A DNA stretch of 64,000 nt from Paraspadella gotoi (taxonomy: Eukaryota > Animalia > Chaetognatha). The position numbers and the translations under genes were made by a program. This document shows, piece after piece, positions 39,590 through 52,851 of this stretch (the first letter of the stretch is position 1; the number at the start of each line of letters is the position of its first letter). The notes under the pieces were generated by a model. It had not been told where the DNA came from, did no database searches, and saw nothing but the letters and a program-made list of their open reading frames with translations. The DNA is taken from NCBI GenBank assembly GCA_051294375.1, contig CM119265.1, forward strand, positions 28,022,665 to 28,086,664, given 5' to 3'.

Positions 39590-40770
39590 ATCCGGACACG
39601 AAAAACACCCACCGTCTCCAAATTTCCAAATCCAAAAACCTGATAATCCAAGCTAAACCACTCCGGTCCTCGAAACTGTTGGCCGGCGAAGCCTCGTCGA
39701 CAGATCTTTGCAGTCTCAAAAAAGATGGATCACGTTTCCGGCATGTTGATCCTTTCACCGTTGCAAAGGGGTCAAGATTGATTTGTCGTCCATCACAGAG
39801 TTTCATCGATTCGATCCAAACCTGAAAAGACGGTACGACCGAAGCGAGATGAGTATAGGTACAGATAGAAAAACAGTGGAAACAGTGACGCAACTGAACT
39901 GGCAATTGGCGAAAATGATCGCGCGTTCTCGGATAAATTGCGTCACTTTCAAAATTTAAAAAAAATATTAAAAAAAATTAAAATTTTACGTGATTACTGT
40001 ATAGACTTAAATAAGACTAAATCTTAACATACGTACTACTATTATTCACTTCATATTAATAATGTTAATGGGGAGTGTATGATAGTGCTTGTCCTAGTTT
40101 TCAAATTTATACTATATTATATATATTATATTACTTACAGACTAAAGTAAATAGCATAAAATCTTTTCACCATATTCTTTTCCCCCCTTATCCCCAAATC
40201 CGTTCTCCCCCCCCCCTTTTTAACCGTATCCACGGTCCTCGAGTTGATCCATTTGCCATATGCCCTGTAGCCTGGACTCTCGAACATGGTGAACCTCATG
40301 ACGGAAAAGAAAGAACCCCGTCCGTCCTCTCGTTCGTCGCCAGATCGAAAGTCCCCGTAGAGTTCCTCCAGCGTGATCGCCTTCGGTTGATGGGGGTAGA
40401 CGCGGTCTCCTTGTATTTCTCGTCTCCGCCGTCGTGTGAGGATCTTCTTGGCCTCCTTGAGGAGATAAGATGGGGGCAGGGTTTGTTGGATGGAGATGGA
40501 TGAGAAGGTTTTTATAAAAATGAGGAAAAAAGGATTGATGGAAAAATTATTAAATGGCCTTGATGGAGAAGGATGGAAGGAAAATGATGTAGGTAAGGTT
40601 TGATGGAGAAGGACTCTCTGACCTGCAAATTTTTCCTTTATGCGACCGTTTTGCCCGACTTGCGTCTGCTCCCCCACCAGCATGATGGAAATGTCTCGAG
40701 CACATCGGTCTTCGTAAAGTTGGATTGATTTTGATGTAAGTGATGCGGATCGATTGAATGGTTGTTTCGC
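39590..40770 (-). CDS. Three exons of an axonemal dynein heavy chain (AAA2 region, DNAH2-like), with indel errors
   Basis: Exons ~40770-40623, ~40455-40225 and ~39821-39590; AG acceptors seen for all three and GT donors for the first two. Across frames they read IQLYE..SRH.IMLVG..SGKT, PKAITLEELYGDF..KWI..VDT, VWIESM..DEASPA, matching dynein heavy chain motifs (NPKA..ELYG, GPVD.WIE.MN, ASPATVSR). Confidence 0.85.
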
Positions 40771-41723
40771 CTGAAGGAAGGAAATTAATTAATTAATTAT
40801 TTATATTAATTATTTAATAAATAATAAATTTAAAAAAAAATAAATATTAAATAAATAAATTAATAAATTTAAAAAATAAAAGAATTAAAAATAAATAAAT
40901 ACAAAAATAAATGAATTGTTAGGCTTGGAACCCCGAAATCGGCCCCATCGGGATCCGGCCATCAGGGCGAGTAGCCAACTATTGGATGAAGAACTTTATC
41001 TCTAACTTGTAAATATCAAACCCTTAATTAAATCAAATATAACAAAAGACATATACCCGAGATTCGATCTCGGGACCTTGGGAAGCGGCAATGACATGTT
41101 GAGTGGCATTGCGCACACAGGCAGATACAATATAGATATTCCAATAACCTAATTATCCTTAAGTAGCATTTACTTATATGTTAAACAAATGAACAAACAC
41201 AATTAACACAGATAGATCTGCACTAGCTATCTCAACATATGTTTCACTATTGTTAACTAATTTCTCTTATTTCTCTTTTCTCTCTTCAATGAGAAAAGAA
41301 TTGTCAAATGAACTACAAATAAGTTTATGATGTTTATTACTGTTTATGCTTTATTTTGCTATTGTTGTTGCATATAGATGTTATAGCTGCTTGCTGACAA
41401 AAGCAACTGATATTCTATATGCTTTGATTATTTATTAAGGTCTGCTTTTATAATTAACCAAGCAAGTTGGTAAGAGACAATTTATTAATAAACAATAAAC
41501 TAACGGCGCCACGAGAACTACGCCAACGTCAACGTCTCCCATTTCCGGTCAACGTCTTTCCTCTTACTGATGCCCGTGGCGACGTTCCGCTCAATACCGG
41601 TTTGATCCGCACATTGGTGAAGTCCCGACTTCGACGTCGCGCCTTTCCATCTCTGAAAGGCGCTCCAACCTTCCGACACAACCACGCCTTCAAAAGACGC
41701 CGTCAATCTTCGGCGTCACCTTC

Positions 41724-42845
41724 TTGATGTCGCTTAACGTTCCAGGAGTCACGACGCGCGGCCAATCCCGGGCGACCCATCCTCCACAACCCCGCCTGCC
41801 GTCTCCACGCCTGGGGGAGGAAGAGGTCCCGGTGTCTCAAGTTGGCCGTCAATCAACGCCGACCTCAGCTGAACCGACCCAACTCTTTCAGTTTCCAGCT
41901 CCGGCCCGTTTTTTCAACAATCATCCGGCGATGGCCGAAGCCCCGCCGACCCAAACGGAGATGGATTCCCTCCGCTCCGCCCTCGACGCTGCTCTCGCCG
42001 CCGCCGAGGCCGCTCGTAACGCCTTAGCACGCAGCGAAAAACCCAAAAAACCCGAACTGCCGTCCTTCGATAAGAACAATATCGAAATTTGGATCAGAAG
42101 AGTCGAGTCAGCATATACAAGATCCAGAATCACGACTCCCAAAGACAAGTTCGCTTTTCTCGAGTCCAAGATAGCCGTCGACGTAAATCCAAAGATCAAC
42201 GCCTTTTTATTCGGTGAACCAACTGAAGAAAACTGGGCGGATTTCATTGATTACTTGAAGACCGAGTATGGTTTGACCAAACGTCGACAGGCCGAGATAC
42301 TACTGGATGCTAAAATAGGACGAGACGGCCTCAAGCCATCCCAACAGCTCGCCAGGATGGTCGAGCGTTCTCCAACAGTGACCGTGGATGACATTCGAAA
42401 GGAGCTGATTATCCGCAGCCTCCCCTTGGACATTCGTGCCAACTTAATCGATCGCGCCGATGAATTAACGGCGTCTCAATTTTCCGAGCTGGCCGACAAA
42501 CATTTTGACGCCGAGGGAAGGCCACTCTGCAAGTCCACGGCGCCCATAGTCAATGTCGTTGATGCGGAACTCGACGATTCTTTAACTGACGAAGAAAATC
42601 AAACGGCGATCAACGCCGTCAATCGACGCCGCGACCAAAACCGCTCGGCGCCGCCGAGGCATTCCAACTTCTCAAAGCAGGGCCAACCAAAGGCGCCGAC
42701 ACCGCCAGCCTCCGGATTAAAGCAAGTTTGCTTTTTTCATTTAAAGTATGGCGATGCTGCTCGACGTTGCCAACGCGGATGCGCCCGCTACGGAGAAAAA
42801 CGCGCCGATAATGCGGGAAACGCCTCGGCGAGCCGGCGCCGGTGA
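41724..42845 (+). CDS. gag: Gypsy Gag with CHCC zinc motif
   Basis: KPELPSFDKNNIEIWIRRVE N-terminal signature and CFFHLKYGDAARRCQRGC (C-X2-H-X9-C-X3-C), as in CsRn1-clade Gag. Confidence 0.85.
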   Translation: MMSLNVPGVTTRGQSRATHPPQPRLPSPRLGEEEVPVSQVGRQSTPTSAEPTQLFQFPAPARFFNNHPAMAEAPPTQTEMDSLRSALDAALAAAEAARNALARSEKPKKPELPSFDKNNIEIWIRRVESAYTRSRITTPKDKFAFLESKIAVDVNPKINAFLFGEPTEENWADFIDYLKTEYGLTKRRQAEILLDAKIGRDGLKPSQQLARMVERSPTVTVDDIRKELIIRSLPLDIRANLIDRADELTASQFSELADKHFDAEGRPLCKSTAPIVNVVDAELDDSLTDEENQTAINAVNRRRDQNRSAPPRHSNFSKQGQPKAPTPPASGLKQVCFFHLKYGDAARRCQRGCARYGEKRADNAGNASASRRR

Positions 42846-43014
42846 ACGCCGTGCCTCGCCAAAACGGAAATTCGCCGATGAAATCGAATTTGCTTCACGT
42901 CGTCGACGCCAGCGACGGCCGCGCATGGCTGGTCGACGGCGGCGCCCTGCTTTCTCTTGTTCCTCCGACGCCGCAACAGCGCGCCGCTGGACCAGCAGGC
43001 CCCCAATTACAGGC
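42815..43014 (+). CDS. pol: Start of Gypsy pol (protease) in the -1 frame
   Basis: G GGA AAC slippery site at 42815-42821. The -1 frame reads LLHVVDASDGRAWLVDGGALLSLVP. Truncated by the gap. Confidence 0.75.
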
Positions 43015-43189
43015 NNNNNNNNNNNNNNNNNNNNNNNNNNNNNNNNNNNNNNNNNNNNNNNNNNNNNNNNNNNNNNNNNNNNNNNNNNNNNNNNNNNNNN
43101 NNNNNNNNNNNNNNTTTGTCTACTCTATTCTTCAATCTTTCTTCTCTATTTTCTCGATTCTCTCTCCTGTCTATTCTCCGTTTTCTTTC

Positions 43190-43912
43190 TGTAGAGAGAT
43201 TGGCGTGGTTTATTCTCTTCATTTACATCNNNNNNNNNNNNNNNNNNNNNNNNNNNNNNNNNNNNNNNNNNNNNNNNNNNNNNNNNNNNNNNNNNNNNNN
43301 NNNNNNNNNNNNNNNNNNNNNNNNNNNNNNNNNNNNNNNNNNNNNNNNNNNNNNNNNNNNNNNNNNNNNNNNNNNNNNNNNNNNNNNNNNNNNNNNNNNN
43401 NNNNNNNNNNNNNNNNNNNNNNNNNNNNNNNNNNNNNNNNNNNNNNNNNNNNNNNNNNNNNNNNNNNNNNNNNNNNNNNNNNNNNNNNNNNNNNNNNNNN
43501 NNNNNNNNNNNNNNNNNNNNNNNNNNNNNNNNNNNNNNNNNNNNNNNNNNNNNNNNNNNNNNNNNNNNNNNNNNNNNNNNNNNNNNNNNNNNNNNNNNNN
43601 NNNNNNNNNNNNNNNNNNNNNNNNNNNNNNNNNNNNNNNNNNNNNNNNNNNNNNNNNNNNNNNNNNNNNNNNNNNNNNNNNNGTCTTGGTGACCTTGTCG
43701 ACCACGGCCCACGTCGCCCCATTAGGCGTCGACGGGCTCTTCTTCCCAAGACGGCGGCCGGCCGTAGGAGACGTCCGCGAGCAGATGTCCGGCAGGGCCG
43801 CGCCACTTCCGGCGAAGACGACGAGGGACGCGTACGTCAGTCTCTTTACGTTGGAGCAAGACGGGGAGGAGGACGGAGAGACGACCCCCACGTAGGGCTA
43901 ACAGCCTTTACA
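43190..43912 (+). mobile_element. Third copy of the BEL LTR (solo LTR or gap-collapsed element)
   Basis: Same TGTAG start and TTTACA end with an internal N gap. Left flank matches 12383-12459 and right flank matches 24407 onward. Confidence 0.85.
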
Positions 43913-44419
43913 CCTTTCTTCTCTTATTTTTATTTCTCATTCACTATTCCGAGTCTTCTTTCTTCTCTATTCTCTATTTTCTCTTTCCTATTCCAGAATC
44001 TACGGCTACCTCTCTATTCCACTTTCTTCAAACTCGAAAACAAAAAGATGCAAATTTTGAAAACTTGAAGAGGAAAACAAACAAAAGAAAATGACTAAAG
44101 CGATGACGATGACAAAAAGGATGATGAAAATAATGACATGACAGTGACGACGACCGACAGCGACGACGGTGATAGCGATGACGATGACAGAGACGACGAT
44201 GACAGCGACGACGGTGATAGCGATGACGATGACAGCGACGACGATACAGAGACGACGATGATAGCGATGACGATGACAGGAATGTGGAGGAAACACGAAA
44301 TATCACTGTTTTAAAAACGATGGGAAACTTAATGACATAAACGACAAAGATGATGACAATGATAATTCGAAAGACGGCGAGAAAAAAATATCGCAATGAT
44401 GGCAATAATGAAGTTCTGA

Positions 44420-44453
<34 letters not shown>

Positions 44454-45073
44454 CAGAAACGAAAATGACGAAGATATAATGAAGGAATAATGAGGAATGA
44501 TGAAAATTAAAAGAAAGACCATGAGTAAAATGATAATGATGACGATGACGATGACAACGAAAACAACAACAACGACGAGACACCTCCCCTAAAAAAAACG
44601 AATTTCTAACGAAATTTAAATTTTCCTTTCAAAATTATTTCGTTCAAAGGAGCAGAAAAGAGTTTAAATTTGAAGAGTAGAGCTGATTTAAGGAGCTTAA
44701 TAATGTTGAGGAGTTAAAGAGAGGAGTTTTTTTTAATTTAAAATGTGTCAAGATTGAATGAAGGAGTCAACCGAAATGGATTCACGTGAATAAGAAATTC
44801 ACTTAATCAAATTCAATAAAAAATTGTTAAGTAAATGAGTTGTATGAAAAAATAAATATATGAAAAGGTGGCCGGTGAAATATGAAATACTTACGAATAA
44901 GTTTGGTTTGTCGAAAATATTCAAAGAATCTTTTTCCACCGAAAATGAAAAAAAAAGAAAATAATTTATTTTTTCTTTTTGTGCTGATCAAAAAAAAAAT
45001 GGGGGCATCGAGTGAAACCATCACCGGCGCCAAAAAGTGTGAAGATTCACAAAGAAGGAAGATGCAAATTGAA

Positions 45074-45143
<70 letters not shown>

Positions 45144-45725
45144 AAGAACGTGCATGTCATTGTGAATGCCGTCTTTAGGACGAAACAAATTCGGGTCTTT
45201 TTGAAAATGTTGTTGTTGTCGTTGTTGTTTTTTGTTTTTTCTGTTCTGGTTCTGAAGACGATTTAAAAAAGAAAAAGCATAAAAATAAAGAAAGAAAAAA
45301 CTGTATACAATACGTCGGTATCAAGAATTAACGTCTTAGAATAGTAATAAATAAAAAAAATTTAAAAAATGAAAGAATTCATTCGGGGTCTCAGAAATTG
45401 TCGAATTCCTCAGATCAAACAAAAATTCTTTATCTATTTATGTCTTCTAATGTTTTTTTCCTTGTTAATGCAAAGTTTTTACGTCGCGATAAAACGAGGT
45501 ATTTACTCGATTTAAATTTTGATTAATACCAGCGATTAGTTATGATAGTTTTTAAATTAAGTAAGGTTAAACTGATATGACATTGAGCGAAGTTCAATAG
45601 CTGAAATTACAAAAAAAAAACATCGTTAGTTTGCTTGAGGGAACCTGACATTTTATGACGTTGTAAGAAAGTTTGTGTATAATCTAATTTGTATAATTAG
45701 TGTCATATCATCAACTTATCTCTAG

Positions 45726-48700
45726 ACACGAAAATAATCTCACAAACCCCGGGATGTCTCATTCTCGACAAAGACCCTTTCGACTCTTCAATCCTTCAAT
45801 TCGAAAAAGGCGCCCAAAATCCCAGGACGTGCAATCCGAAGAAGGAACCCCCCCTCTTTCTCACGAACGACAATATCTTTTGGGCAAAGAAGTCGGCGGC
45901 GCAAAGAGTGGGCCTCAGAAATTGCTTCTACGTCGTTTTGGCGCAGGTTTAATGATGTAATATTACTTCTTATAATATTAATAATAATGCTAATGATGAG
46001 ACAGTGATAATTGTTATGTGTTAGTGACAGAAGCGTTCAATATAAGCAGTCCCTGAGCTTCGGATCAGGTTGTAACACTGAGTTACAGGCGGGATAAGCG
46101 CCCCGTCCCTCTTAACTGCTAGGCGGCCACCGGGCAAGAACCCCAGACCTTTGGGTTGGGAGGCGAATGACTTGCCTCCGGCACCAATGGCAGCTGATGA
46201 ACGGTTGTTGGATTTTAGTCCACCATACTAACGACCAAAATAAAGATTATCCATTCAATTCAATAAATAAGCTATCTTGCCCCTGACCTTGGACAGGCTA
46301 GCTTCGGGTCATTATCATTATAATAGTTCACTATATCAACGTCTCCTCTCCATGAACCTAATGGTCCAGGGTTCTAGGCCTGGTCGAAACATTCCTTTCC
46401 TAAGATCGACGGGCTGGTTAAACCACCGGTAGCTAGCCTACAGCCAGGTCCATAGTTGCTCAAATCGAGGCAACTAACCAGAAAAACTTTCAGACAGTGG
46501 GTACACTAAGTGTTAAGGCTAACCCACACCGTCCGCGAGGCCTGGTGACCCTTTTTTTCCTTTTGGGTCACTTCACAGGGACGGAACGCGAGTGACCCGG
46601 TTTCATTCCCGATCGGCTTACGCGTCGAGGTCAATTCTTCGATGGTCGCCGTTCATTGCGTGAGGAACGGCATGGAGAATATCTCCCGATCGGTTAACGT
46701 GACTTTCATGTTGTGGTTGAAATATCGAGATCCCGAATTGGCTGAGAAGAAGGAAAGGGCAAAGGTGAGGTTCTTGGGGCGAAGGGAAAAGGGTCAGGGT
46801 AAGTATTTTATAAAAGACAAACTTTAATCATTTAATTATTAGTTTTTAGATTAAACGATTAGAATTAATTTGCACTGATGAAGGAAAACATATTAACCGA
46901 AAAATGTACGTTTTATCTTCTCTGAAAATAAAACAAATTCGTTGTCTGTCAACGAAACAAATATTTTCATTTAATTTTAATTCAAAACTGAACGAAACGA
47001 TAAGCACGGAAGAGCAATGTCTACCAAATTAAACACACTTGTTAGAATTATGTAAACTTATATATTTATATATATCCTATAATTTAAACTAGTTTTCTTT
47101 TTTTTTTTCTTTTCAAATCAAGAGGGCGCGCGCGATTGAACGCAACGGATCGATTCCGCGGTCTCCTCCTTTCAACATCCACTTCATTTTCTTCGACGGA
47201 GTTTCTCGACTCAATTCCATTCGTTATCTCAAAGACACGCGTCGTCTGCTAAAGGAATTCGGAGCCATAGAGTTCCTCGGCTACACTAAAGTGGCCCCGG
47301 CTACACTAGCTAACGTAGCTCCACTTTTGACGGGCAGTCCTCATAAGGGAGGCGGACATTTCGACGTGAGAGAAATGTCGGGAGTAGGGGGAAAATTTTG
47401 ATGTGAAAAAAAGACCGTTTAAATATTTAGGATGTTATAGATTCTGGCCAAATTATGATAGATCTAGTCGAATTTGCAAAGTTTTAGACAGATTCTTACA
47501 AATTTTGATACGTTTAGACAAATTCGAATATATTTAGTCATATTTAGGCATTGACGCATTTACGATGGATATGGGCAGTGATTTTGATTTGGGTATTTTC
47601 AACAATGAAATTGAAACCTAAATAACTATTATTTCTTTTTCCCACTGATAAATATGAAACACTCTTTCTTTAAAAAAAACGGTTGGCTTTAGTTTTCTTC
47701 TCCTTATAATATAGAACTCACTGGGTGAATTTCTATGCTTTCAAAATACGGTAAGACATGATTTCTTTTTCCGACAATCATTCTAATTACGGTATCTGAC
47801 ATAACTAAGATGAAACTAAAACGATTTTTTATGGTAAGGGGAACTTTTAAAGATTAAATTGCTCGTCAGATCTATCGCGTTTTTTAGATATACTACTGCT
47901 AAGGCAAAACAATGGCACAGTATATTTTAAAACTGTTTTCCTTTTTTTATCCACTATTTTTTTCTCTCTTGAACCTTCTCTCTGTCTCTTTCTTTTCTCT
48001 CTTTCTCTCTGTCTTTCTCTCCCTTTCTCATACTTTTCTGTCCTCATATTTCTCTGTGTCATCCCTTCTTTTCTTCCTTAACCTTTATTTCCCTTCCTCT
48101 CAATCTCTGTTTTTCTCTCCCTCTCTGATTCTCTTTCCTCCCTGTTTCTTATCTTTTCTTTCTCTCATTTGTTCTCGTTTCCCCCCTCTCCCCATATATT
48201 AATTTCTTTCCACTCTTTCTCCCTCTCCCTTCAATTTTTTTCACCCATTCTCTCTCTTCTCTCATCTTTTTCTCATTCTCACAATGTAAGGAAAAAAAAT
48301 CTAGGGTAGTGTATGATTTTAGCGGAAGTTTGGTTGCAGATTTAAAAAATCGACAGATTTTTGCGGAATTTTTTTCCGCAAAAACCTGTCGATTGAGAGA
48401 AATTAATCTGGCTGACGCTTCCCCTTTCAATAAAAGAAGGCGGTTTTTTTTTAATTGGTCAACTTTAGTATGTTTCTCAGCTATTAAAACTATAAAATAA
48501 GTCAAAAACCGAGTTTTAGTTCAAATAAAACGCACCTCACAAATCCTCACAAATTAAAAGTAGGCTTAAAAATTTTTTTCAGCTAAAGTATTAAATATTT
48601 TGCCCTAATTTTTTAGATACCAGAAGCAACGGACAATGGGGAATATTTGATTAGAATTGTGGACATTTTGAAGTATTTTCGTTTAACAAATTGTAATAAA

Positions 48701-49207
48701 ATGTAAAAATGTAAGTTTTTGACTAGTCAATTTAAAAAATAATTCATAGGCAAACAATAGATGATTAACATCAAATGAACCAACTCAGAGGTCAAGAAGA
48801 TAAGAAGGACCCGAAAGCCAGAGTAAAAAAATTTTCTTCAATGATCTTGGCATTCAAAATCTCAAGACAAAAGTCAAAATGGACAAAAATGGACATAATT
48901 TTTTTTATTAAAAGTAGCAAAAATGTCATTGATTCTTAATTAGAAATGCAGCAGAGGATTTCAATTAATCCGTAGTCTAGCCAACTTTGTCTTAGAGTTA
49001 AAATTTTAATCATTTTTGTTGGTAATATTCTAACAATATTGAAAAAGGTGGTTTTTTTTGCTAAATTCCTAGATAGAAATCACTGCTTATGATTTTCTTA
49101 AATGTTGATAATTCTTAACTTAGTTTTCTTTATAAAATAAGTGAATATATATTTTTAAATATAATTAGGATCTATGTTAAATATTTTCAATCTCTCACAC
49201 CTTTTTC

Positions 49208-49248
<41 letters not shown>

Positions 49249-51210
49249 TTTTCAGGAAGCGGTCTGGTTCGACGCGGCCACCCACGGTTCTGGTCACTCG
49301 CCAGCGACGATTGGGCCCTCGGTCCCAACGCAATTTCGACTTTCACACCAACGACTACGATTGGGCGCCACTCCTGCGTCAAAAATACTCCTACCTCAGC
49401 TGTTGCGACGAAGGCAAGCTTTTCGGCGCTCGACTGTGGGAATGGTTCGAGAACGTCCTCGCCATTCACAGAGGGCGCGACGATAGGTTGTTCTCTTTCG
49501 TCTTCGCTTGCCTTTGGGCGCACGATCGGCACGAACAGCTGGTGACTCGGGNNNNNNNNNNNNNNNNNNNNNNNNNGAGGCATCAAAACCTCTATTAAAA
49601 ATAAAAATCGTTAATAAAACTATTATTTCTTTTTTTCCCACTGATAAATATGAAACACTCTTCTTTTAAAAAAAACGGTTGGCTTTAGTTTTCTTCTCCT
49701 TATAATATAGAACTCACTGGGTGAATTTCTATGCTTTCAAAATACGGTAAGACATGATTTCTTTTCCGACAATCATTCTAATTACGGTATCTGACATAAC
49801 TAAGATGAAACTAAAACGATTTTTTATTGTGAAGGGAACTTTTAAAGATTAAATTGCTCGTCAGATCTATCGCGTTTTTTAGATATACTACTGCAAGGCA
49901 AAACAATGGCACAGTATATTTTAAAACTGTTTTCCTTTTTTTATCCACTATTTTTTTTCTCTTGAACCTTCTCTCTGTCTCTTTCTTTTTCTCTCTTTCT
50001 CTCTGTCTTTCTCTCCCTTTCTCATACTTTTCTGTCCTCATATTTCTCTGTGTCATCCCTTCTTTTCTTCCTTAACCTTTATTTCCCTTCCTCTCAATCT
50101 CTGTTTTTCTCTCCCTCTCTGATTCTCTTTCCTCCCTGTTTCTTATCTTTTCTTTTCTCTCAATTGTTCTCGTTTCCCCCCTCTCCCCATATATTAATTT
50201 CTTTCCACTCTTTCTCCCTCTCCCTTCATTTTTTTCACCATTCTCTCTCTTCTCTCATCTTTTTCTCATTCTCACAATGTAAGAAAAAAAATCTAGGGTA
50301 GTGTATGATTTTAGCGGAAGTTTGGTTGCAGATTTAAAAAATCGACAGATTTTTGCGGAAATTTTTTCCGCAAAAACCTGTCGATTGAGAGAAATTAATC
50401 TGCTGACGCTTCCCCTTTCAATAAAAGAAGGCGGTTTTTTTTAATTGGTCAACTTTAGTATGTTTCTCAGCTATTAAAACTATAAAATAAGTCAAAAACC
50501 GAGTTTTAGTTCAAATAAAACGCACCTCACAAATCCTCACAAATTAAAATAGAGCTTTAAAATTTTTTTTCAGCTAAAGTATTAAATATTTTGCCCTAAT
50601 TTTTTAGATACCAGAAGCACGGACAATGGGGAATATTTGATTAGAATTGTGGACATTTTGAAGTATTTCGTTTAACAAATTGTAATAAAATGTAAAAATG
50701 TAAGTTTTTGACTAGTCAATTTAAAAATAATTCATAGGCAAACAATAGATGATTAACATCAAATGAACCAACTCAGAGGTCAAGAAGATAAGAAGGACCC
50801 GAAAGCCAGAGTAAAAAAATTTTCTTCAATGATCTTGGCATTCAAATCTCAAGACAAAAGTCAAAATGGACAAAAATGGACATAATTTTTTTTATTAAAG
50901 TAGCAAAAATGTCATTGATTCTTAATTAGAAAATGCAGCAGAGGATTTCAATTAATCCTAGTCTAGCCAACTTTGTCTTAGAGTTAAAATTTAATCATTT
51001 TTGTTGGTAATATTCTAACAATATTGAAAAAGGTGGTTTTTTTTGCTAAATTCCTAGATAGAAATCACTGCTTATGATTTTCTTAAATGTTGATAATTCT
51101 TAACTTAGTTTTCTTTATTAAAATTAAGTGAATATATATTTTTAAATATAATTAGGATCTATGTTAAATATTTTCAATCTCTCACACCTTTTTCACTCTC
51201 TCTCTCTCTC

Positions 51211-51252
<42 letters not shown>

Positions 51253-52810
51253 TTTCAGGAAGCGGTCTGGTTCGACGTCGGCCACCCACGGGTTCTGGTC
51301 ACTCGCCAGCGACGATTGGGCCCTCGGTCCCAACGCAATTTCGACTTTCACACCAACGACTACGATTGGGCGCCACTCCTGCGTCAAAAATACTCCTACC
51401 TCAGCTGGTGCGACGAAGGCAAGCTTTTCGGCGCTCGACTGTGGGAATGGTTCGAGAACGTCCTCGCCATTCACAGAGGGCGCGACGATAGGTTTGTCTC
51501 TTTTCGTCTTCGCTTGCCTTTGGGCGCACGATCGGCACGAACAGCTGGTGACTCTGGGTGGAGTGGAGAGTGATAGATCAAAGAGCGGATTGAAAAATAT
51601 TATTAATAAAATATTTTTTTTAATTAAAATTATAATTTTTTATCTTTAAATAGTTAGAGAAAACAAAGTTTGTTTGTTTGATAACAACGATTTTTATTTA
51701 CATTGGACATGTTTCGGCTCTTGCTTTAAGCCTTCATCAACGCTGATATAATGTCTGCACAAACAATCTTTAAATAATATTTAAAATTTTTTAATATTTA
51801 TCGCAGGAGATTCAACGTCACCAAAGAGAAATCAAATATAAACCAAAACCAGAATCATAATAGGATCAGAGGATCGAATAAAATCGACAGATTTTGGATC
51901 ATTGGATCATGATTGGTCGAGGAGAGAATTGCATCACCAATCACTCTTGCCTCTGATCCTCTTTTCTAGATATAAATAGACCTAGCTTTCTTTAGTTTTA
52001 GTAAAATTGATCTGGACTCCTGCGTGTGTCTCACCGTCACTGTTATTATTTTCAGAATAAATCACGTTTGATTTCGTCTTAAAAATCCATTAGTTTTTTG
52101 TTCAATGTGGTGACAGTATTTCTGGGCAAGACTAACCATTTAAGTATTTTTTTTTATATTTTAATTTTTTTTAAAAAATCTATTTCTTTAATTACTCAAA
52201 TCAAAAAAGATTTATATTATTTTTTTAAAAATAATTTAAACTATAATGTCTCATTCCTCACTCCGCCCTCCTATCCAGGTCACCGCCGACGAGCCGACCT
52301 CATCACTTCTCAGGCGAATGAATTCTCGCGGCGACTTGGACGATTCCGTCCTCTTCGTCATGTCCGATCACGGACCTCGATTCGGTGACATCTGCACCAC
52401 GCCCCTCGGACGCTACGAGCAGCGCCACCCTTTCTTCTTTCTCCTTTTTCCCCCATGGTTCCAGAAACGATTTCCCGAACTGGTCGCCAACGCGTGGATC
52501 GATTCTCAACGACTAACGACGCCTTACGACGTCCACGAAACGTTGCTCCACTTGCTGCACATCCAGACCAACTCGACGCCTTGGACGGCCCGTTCCAGCT
52601 TCGCTCGATCTCTGATGACCGAGATTTCCGGCAACCGGACCTGCGAAGACGCGAGGGTGCCGGATCAGTTCTGCGGTTGCCGGACGCCGACTCCGTTGAA
52701 GCCGAATTCGAGAGAAGCGATTAGAGTGGCCAATGCTGTTGTGAAGTCCATCAATGATGAATTGAGGTATGGGTCGGAGAATAAAGATGAGGGGGACTAT
52801 GACGGGGCAA

Positions 52811-52851
<41 letters not shown>

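Larger units (their letters stand above)
40917..43014 (+). mobile_element. Truncated Ty3/Gypsy element, CsRn1-like (putative LTR ~40917-41613, PBS, gag, start of pol)
   Basis: ...CACA-T-TGGTGAAGTCCCGAC resembles a tRNA-Trp PBS; gag and protease follow; cut by the N gap at 43015. The LTR 5' boundary is a guess. Confidence 0.75.

Noticed and set aside
47625-51557. Tandem exon duplication (mutually exclusive exons) in the DUF229 gene
   Set aside because: Near-identical units meet at an N gap, the usual signature of unmerged overlapping contig ends.
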